Source: Narcine bancroftii (lineage: Eukaryota). Taken from it: a stretch of DNA of 64,000 nucleotides. Below, piece after piece: positions 60,021 through 64,000 of the stretch. The first letter of the stretch is position 1, and each line of letters starts with the position of its first letter. The notes beneath the pieces are model-generated. The model saw only the letters and a program-made list of their open reading frames with translations. It searched no databases and was not told the origin of the DNA. A program made the translations under genes and the position numbers. Where the stretch lies: contig NC_091477.1 in the NCBI RefSeq assembly GCF_036971445.1, positions 114,452,001 through 114,516,000 of the forward strand. The letters run 5' to 3'.

Positions 60021-60384
60021 CAGTGATTTTCAACCTTTTTCTTTCCACTCACATATCACCTTAAGTAATCCCTATGCAATCGGTGCTCTGTGATTGCTTA
60101 AGGAAGTATGTGAGTGAGAAGGGAAGGCTGAGAACCACTGGGCTGGGTGCAATAGCTACTGAAATATTTTGCTTGAGAAAAATTGTCATTAGCCCATTTC
60201 TTTTGGGGTTATGAAACTGTGCACATAACAAGTCAATAAGGTACAATTAAAACAGTGGTTTTCAAACTTTTTCTTTCCACTCACGTACCACCTTAAGCAA
60301 TCCCTTACTAATCATCAAACACTTATGGCATAGGGATTACTTAAGGTAGTACGTGAGTGGAAAGAAAAGGTTTGAAAGCCACTG
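60021..60384. mobile_element. Composite hAT MITE: two inverted palindromic units around a spacer
   Basis: Units 60021-60140 and 60253-60384 each run CAGTG.TTTTCAA...AA.CCACTG. Outer 8-bp TSD GTTTGGAC and GTCTGGAC. Confidence 0.85.
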
Positions 60385-60859
60385 GTCTGGACTATAACTT
60401 GGTTTGCAAAGGCCCAAGCTCATCCCAAGGAACAACATCTCATATACCAAATAGGCTTGCTCCATCTCCAACAAGTATTAACTATACCAATTCCATTTTG
60501 TGTTAGAACTAAAACAGAAAATGTTGGAAATACTCAACATGCTGCGCAACATCTGTGGAGAGAGAGAAAAGTGAAATTAATTTTTCCCATCATCTCACAG
60601 TTCCAGCATTGTTTTGGTTTCCTCAATCGATCAATCTTCCCGGGGGACGGTGGATCGTGACCGCCCTGATGTACCTCCTTTCGTTTGGATCTCCTGCAGA
60701 CGGATGAGCTGTGATCAACAAGCCTTCACCTATCTCTCTCAGCTGGCATTGACCCCACTTGCGGCATTCAGTCTCTTGGTCTCCACCCTATCGCAGGCAT
60801 TGCCTGGGTTCTCTACATGCCTCTCCTTTCTCTGGAGCTGAAAATAAGTCTGATTTCGG

Positions 60860-61090
60860 TTGGCACAATTAGAGTAGCAGTTGTTACACCACCAGCAATT
60901 GGGACCAGGGCTCGCAAACTGGCTGCTCTGACTGTATGTTCTCCCCATGTCTGCATGGGTATTTTTCCCTGGGGCTCTGGTTTCCTCCCGTTCAAAATGT
61001 ACCAGGGGTTGTAGGTCAATCGGGTATAATTGGGTGACATGGACTTGTTACCATGGTCTATGTCTAAGTTTAAAATTTAATTTAAAATTT
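60860..61090 (+). mobile_element. tRNA-derived V-SINE
   Basis: GGCACAATTAGAGTAGCAGTT..ATGTTCTCCCCATGTCTGCATGG..CTGGTTTCCTCCC..TATGTCTAA followed by an AT-rich tail. Confidence 0.8.
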
Positions 61091-61314
61091 CACTTACATG
61101 AAATCCAACGCTAGGTGATTGATGTGAAACATCTACCCCATTTCTCTTTCCCACAGATTCTAGCTGAAATGCTATTTTTCCTTTCTTGTATTTTTATATT
61201 ATTCAGTAACATATGTGTTTATTGCAGAAACCAGTGGTTAGGTTTTGAATTTGCATGAAGACTCTCCACAATCGTGCTTTTCAAAAGTGAGGAACTCGCT
61301 CCAGAGAATGACAT

Positions 61315-61745
61315 CCTCTGGATGTCCTGGAACAGCTGGACTATAAAGATGTATTCATCAGGATGCTCTTTATCGACTACAGTTTGGCATTTAACACTGT
61401 CATCCCCTTAAAACCGATCAGCAAACTCCAAGACCTGGGAGTTAACACCCCACTGTGTAAATGGATCATGGATTTCCTCACCTCCAGACCACAATCAGTG
61501 AAGATTGGTAAGAACGATTCTTTCACAATCTCCATCAGTACCAGAGCACCACAGGGCTGTGGTCTTAGTCCCCTGCTCTATTCACTTTACATCTGTGACT
61601 GTGTGGCTCGGTACGACAATAACACCATCTACAAATATGCCGACAATACCACAGGAGTGGGTTGTATAAAGGAAGGGTATGAGTCAGCCTACAGGATGGA
61701 GAATGTATGTGATGTCACGTATGTACTCTGACAATAAATTTAAAA
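61315..61745 (+). pseudogene. Rex1/Babar RT core fused directly to its 3' tail
   Basis: [47 protein letters not shown], then immediately GTATGTGATGTCACGTATGTACTCTGACAATAAA. Confidence 0.88.
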
Positions 61746-63857
61746 TCCTCTCAAGACCTTAATCCCAGCGAGAAAGCTGGATAAAGGAAGGCAGTGTTTG
61801 CATCAAACACAGGACACCTTACAAGCAAACAGCAATGCAAATATTAAACAACTTAAACAGACCCTTGGAAAGCTCTTTATAAAAACTCTGTGTTGAAATC
61901 TAAGATCCACACTTTTGTAACAAATGTATAGAAAGTCAATATGTTAGATTTTGTTTAGCACCTTGAAATGCTCAGCACGGTTGCATTGCACATGCTATCA
62001 CTTAAAGGACAACGGAATGTGTCTACTCTGCTGAGATCATGCATCTAAGTGGCAGAATTAATGGGCCTTTAGTGTGGTTAGACTCAGCAACAACATGCTT
62101 CAGGAGACATGCAAGTCTCTCCAATATTCTTGTGTGGCCTTCAACTGTGGGAGGAGCTTGCAAAATGCTTTGAATAATGCTTGCGAACTTGGACTACTTC
62201 CCTGCTCTGATCCTCCCCTGATGTTCTTGGTACAGTTGCAGCTTCATTGTGCTGCAGGAACTATACCCAACAATCACCGTGTGTTAATTGATATTGCTGC
62301 TCTGTGTCCAGCCCCTCCTGTGACCATGCACCATGATCCATGGTTCAAAATCCCTTGATGTCCTGCATTGACACCAAACTGTTTGTCATGCTGAGCAATC
62401 AAACGCCTTCTTCAGTGCTTTGTGGACAAAGAAAGGATGATTTTGAGTTAACTTGTTGTGGTTGAAAACAGCGCAGAAATTAAAATGGATTGCGACAAGA
62501 GCTTTTGGTTTCTTTACATCGGTCAGGTCTACTTCTCCCAGATGTTCCATTTAATGTTCCATTCAATATATCAGTCTGATTCCAGAGCTGCTTCAAATGG
62601 AGAACAGTACATTAAAAATGTTACTTTCCTCCTTTTTCTGTTAGGTAACAGGATGTGTCTGATTATAAATGAATTAACGATTCAATCACATTGCATAGAA
62701 CCGATGTTGATGTACCACCAAACATTTTCCAGACTATTTCACAACATGCCCTCTAAATTCTCACCTAATTTTATTTTCATCTTGCAGCCTTTGAAGAACC
62801 TTGGTCTGGCATTGTTCTGACACTAATGTCACTGCTCCGCTCCAGAGAATAGTGATGAGGCCACAGGCCATGCTTCAGCCTTTGATACATTTTTAAAATA
62901 TTTTCTTTGAATCTGGTCGCATGTGAGTTTTTCCTCAAACATGTACTTCAGCTTCAGCTGTGACCTACCTGCAAATTAATTATAATACATATTTTATTTC
63001 AAATCCATCTGCATACAAGTCTAAGGGCTGGGTGTCCTGGTGTGAGAGGACTCCCATTAGTTTAGCAGTGGCTGACCATGTTTACTTAGAAGCTGTGAAT
63101 GGATATCGCTGGAATGATTCAGAGCACTGCTTGGTCCCATGCGTCACTTGAGAAAGAGGTGTAAACTCTTCCCCCTCCCATTTCAGTGCTGTTAATACCA
63201 TTTACAAGTCATGCACCCAAGAGCCTCCAGCAGGCAGCAAGAATGGAGGAGTTCCTAAGGACTGGGAGAGAAACAGTGTCTGCTGGAAGGACCACTCTTC
63301 AAGTGGTAGACTTACTCCTGAAGTCATCAGTTGATAAAATTCAGTGCATCTGCAGTGCACCAGCCCAGCCTTTGTCTCTCTGAGGAAATCCTGAAGCTCA
63401 TTTTGCATGGTCTCTGGAAAGTCCTTCTGGACCTTTGGCAGCTCAAGCAGGCCAACTAAGGTTTTCATTACACCCAGCTAGTTCTGTGGGTACACTGCAT
63501 TATTCAGTGAAACAGACACTCTACCTGAGGTCTACCATGGCAAGGGATGACCAAAAGAGAGGAAAATCTTCACAAATATTCTCAAAATATCCTCGGAGTA
63601 AACATATAAACATAACATCCTCACCAGCCCATTAGAGACCCTGGCCTGTGATTGATCAAAGGGCAGCCGGGAAGCAAATAAAACTTGAAACTCCTCATCA
63701 TGATCACACAGAAAAGCCCAGTGAAAATGGTGGAAAGAGGGCAGGATCTCACAGACCATTCACCTAGTTTAGCTTATATAAAACATACAGCCTGTATATA
63801 ACATGTTCCTCAAGTCCCACATGGGACTTGGAAGCAACCCCAGAACCAAAATTAAGT

Positions 63858-63925
63858 CAAAGTTCAAGTTTATTGTTAGAGAACATACATGGCATCACAT
63901 ACAACCCTGAGATCACTTTCCTTCC
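63858..63925 (-). mobile_element. Rex1/Babar 3' tail
   Basis: TTCAAGTTTATTGTTAGAGAACATACATGGCATCACATACAACCCTGAGAT. Confidence 0.75.
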
Positions 63926-64000
63926 AAAAGAAGTCATTTTTTGATCTTGCTTATTAAAACTTTATTGAAATTGTTATCACTACTTTGGCAGCTGAAAATC

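Noticed and set aside
63187-63470. Possible exon after CTCTTCCCCCTCCCATTTCAG
   Set aside because: No recognisable protein and no good donor. The region may be a decayed minus-strand Tx1-like LINE, which I also cannot support firmly.
1-64000. CRISPR arrays, operons or other prokaryotic or viral systems
   Set aside because: The sequence is vertebrate repeat-rich DNA. No regularly spaced repeat-spacer array or gene-dense segment was seen.

Overview
Vertebrate genomic DNA, almost certainly a cartilaginous fish (elasmobranch, probably a ray; this is inferred from the repeat complement). I found no recognisable host protein-coding exon, so the window looks intergenic or deep-intronic. Roughly half of it is transposable-element debris. 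Non-LTR elements: many CR1 and Rex1/Babar LINE fragments, a young RTE 3' end, an L1 lacking almost all of ORF2, and Penelope-like (PLE) pseudo-LTRs carrying minimal hammerhead-ribozyme motifs. SINEs: tRNA-derived V-SINEs, old Deu-domain SINEs, and a 5S rRNA-headed SINE with a Rex1-type tail. LTR elements: a Gypsy pol remnant and two solo-LTR families. DNA transposons: a full-length dead Tigger, Tigger-, Tc2- and hAT-type MITEs, and two non-autonomous Chapaev3 copies with TAA target duplications. Nearly all ORFs in the track are TE pseudogene fragments or chance ORFs. The most interesting observations are the protein-free fold-back PLE/hammerhead unit with its own 12-bp TSD (52804-53056), the 5S-Rex1 SINE (35562-35777), the ORF2-deleted L1 with TSD (51489-52592), a composite hAT MITE carrying captured DNA (60021-60384), and two CpG-retaining unique blocks that look regulatory (about 8.0-8.7 kb, and 37.1-38.3 kb with two perfect CRE palindromes). 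All family assignments are by eye from remembered motifs. Boundaries not anchored by a TIR or TSD are approximate.
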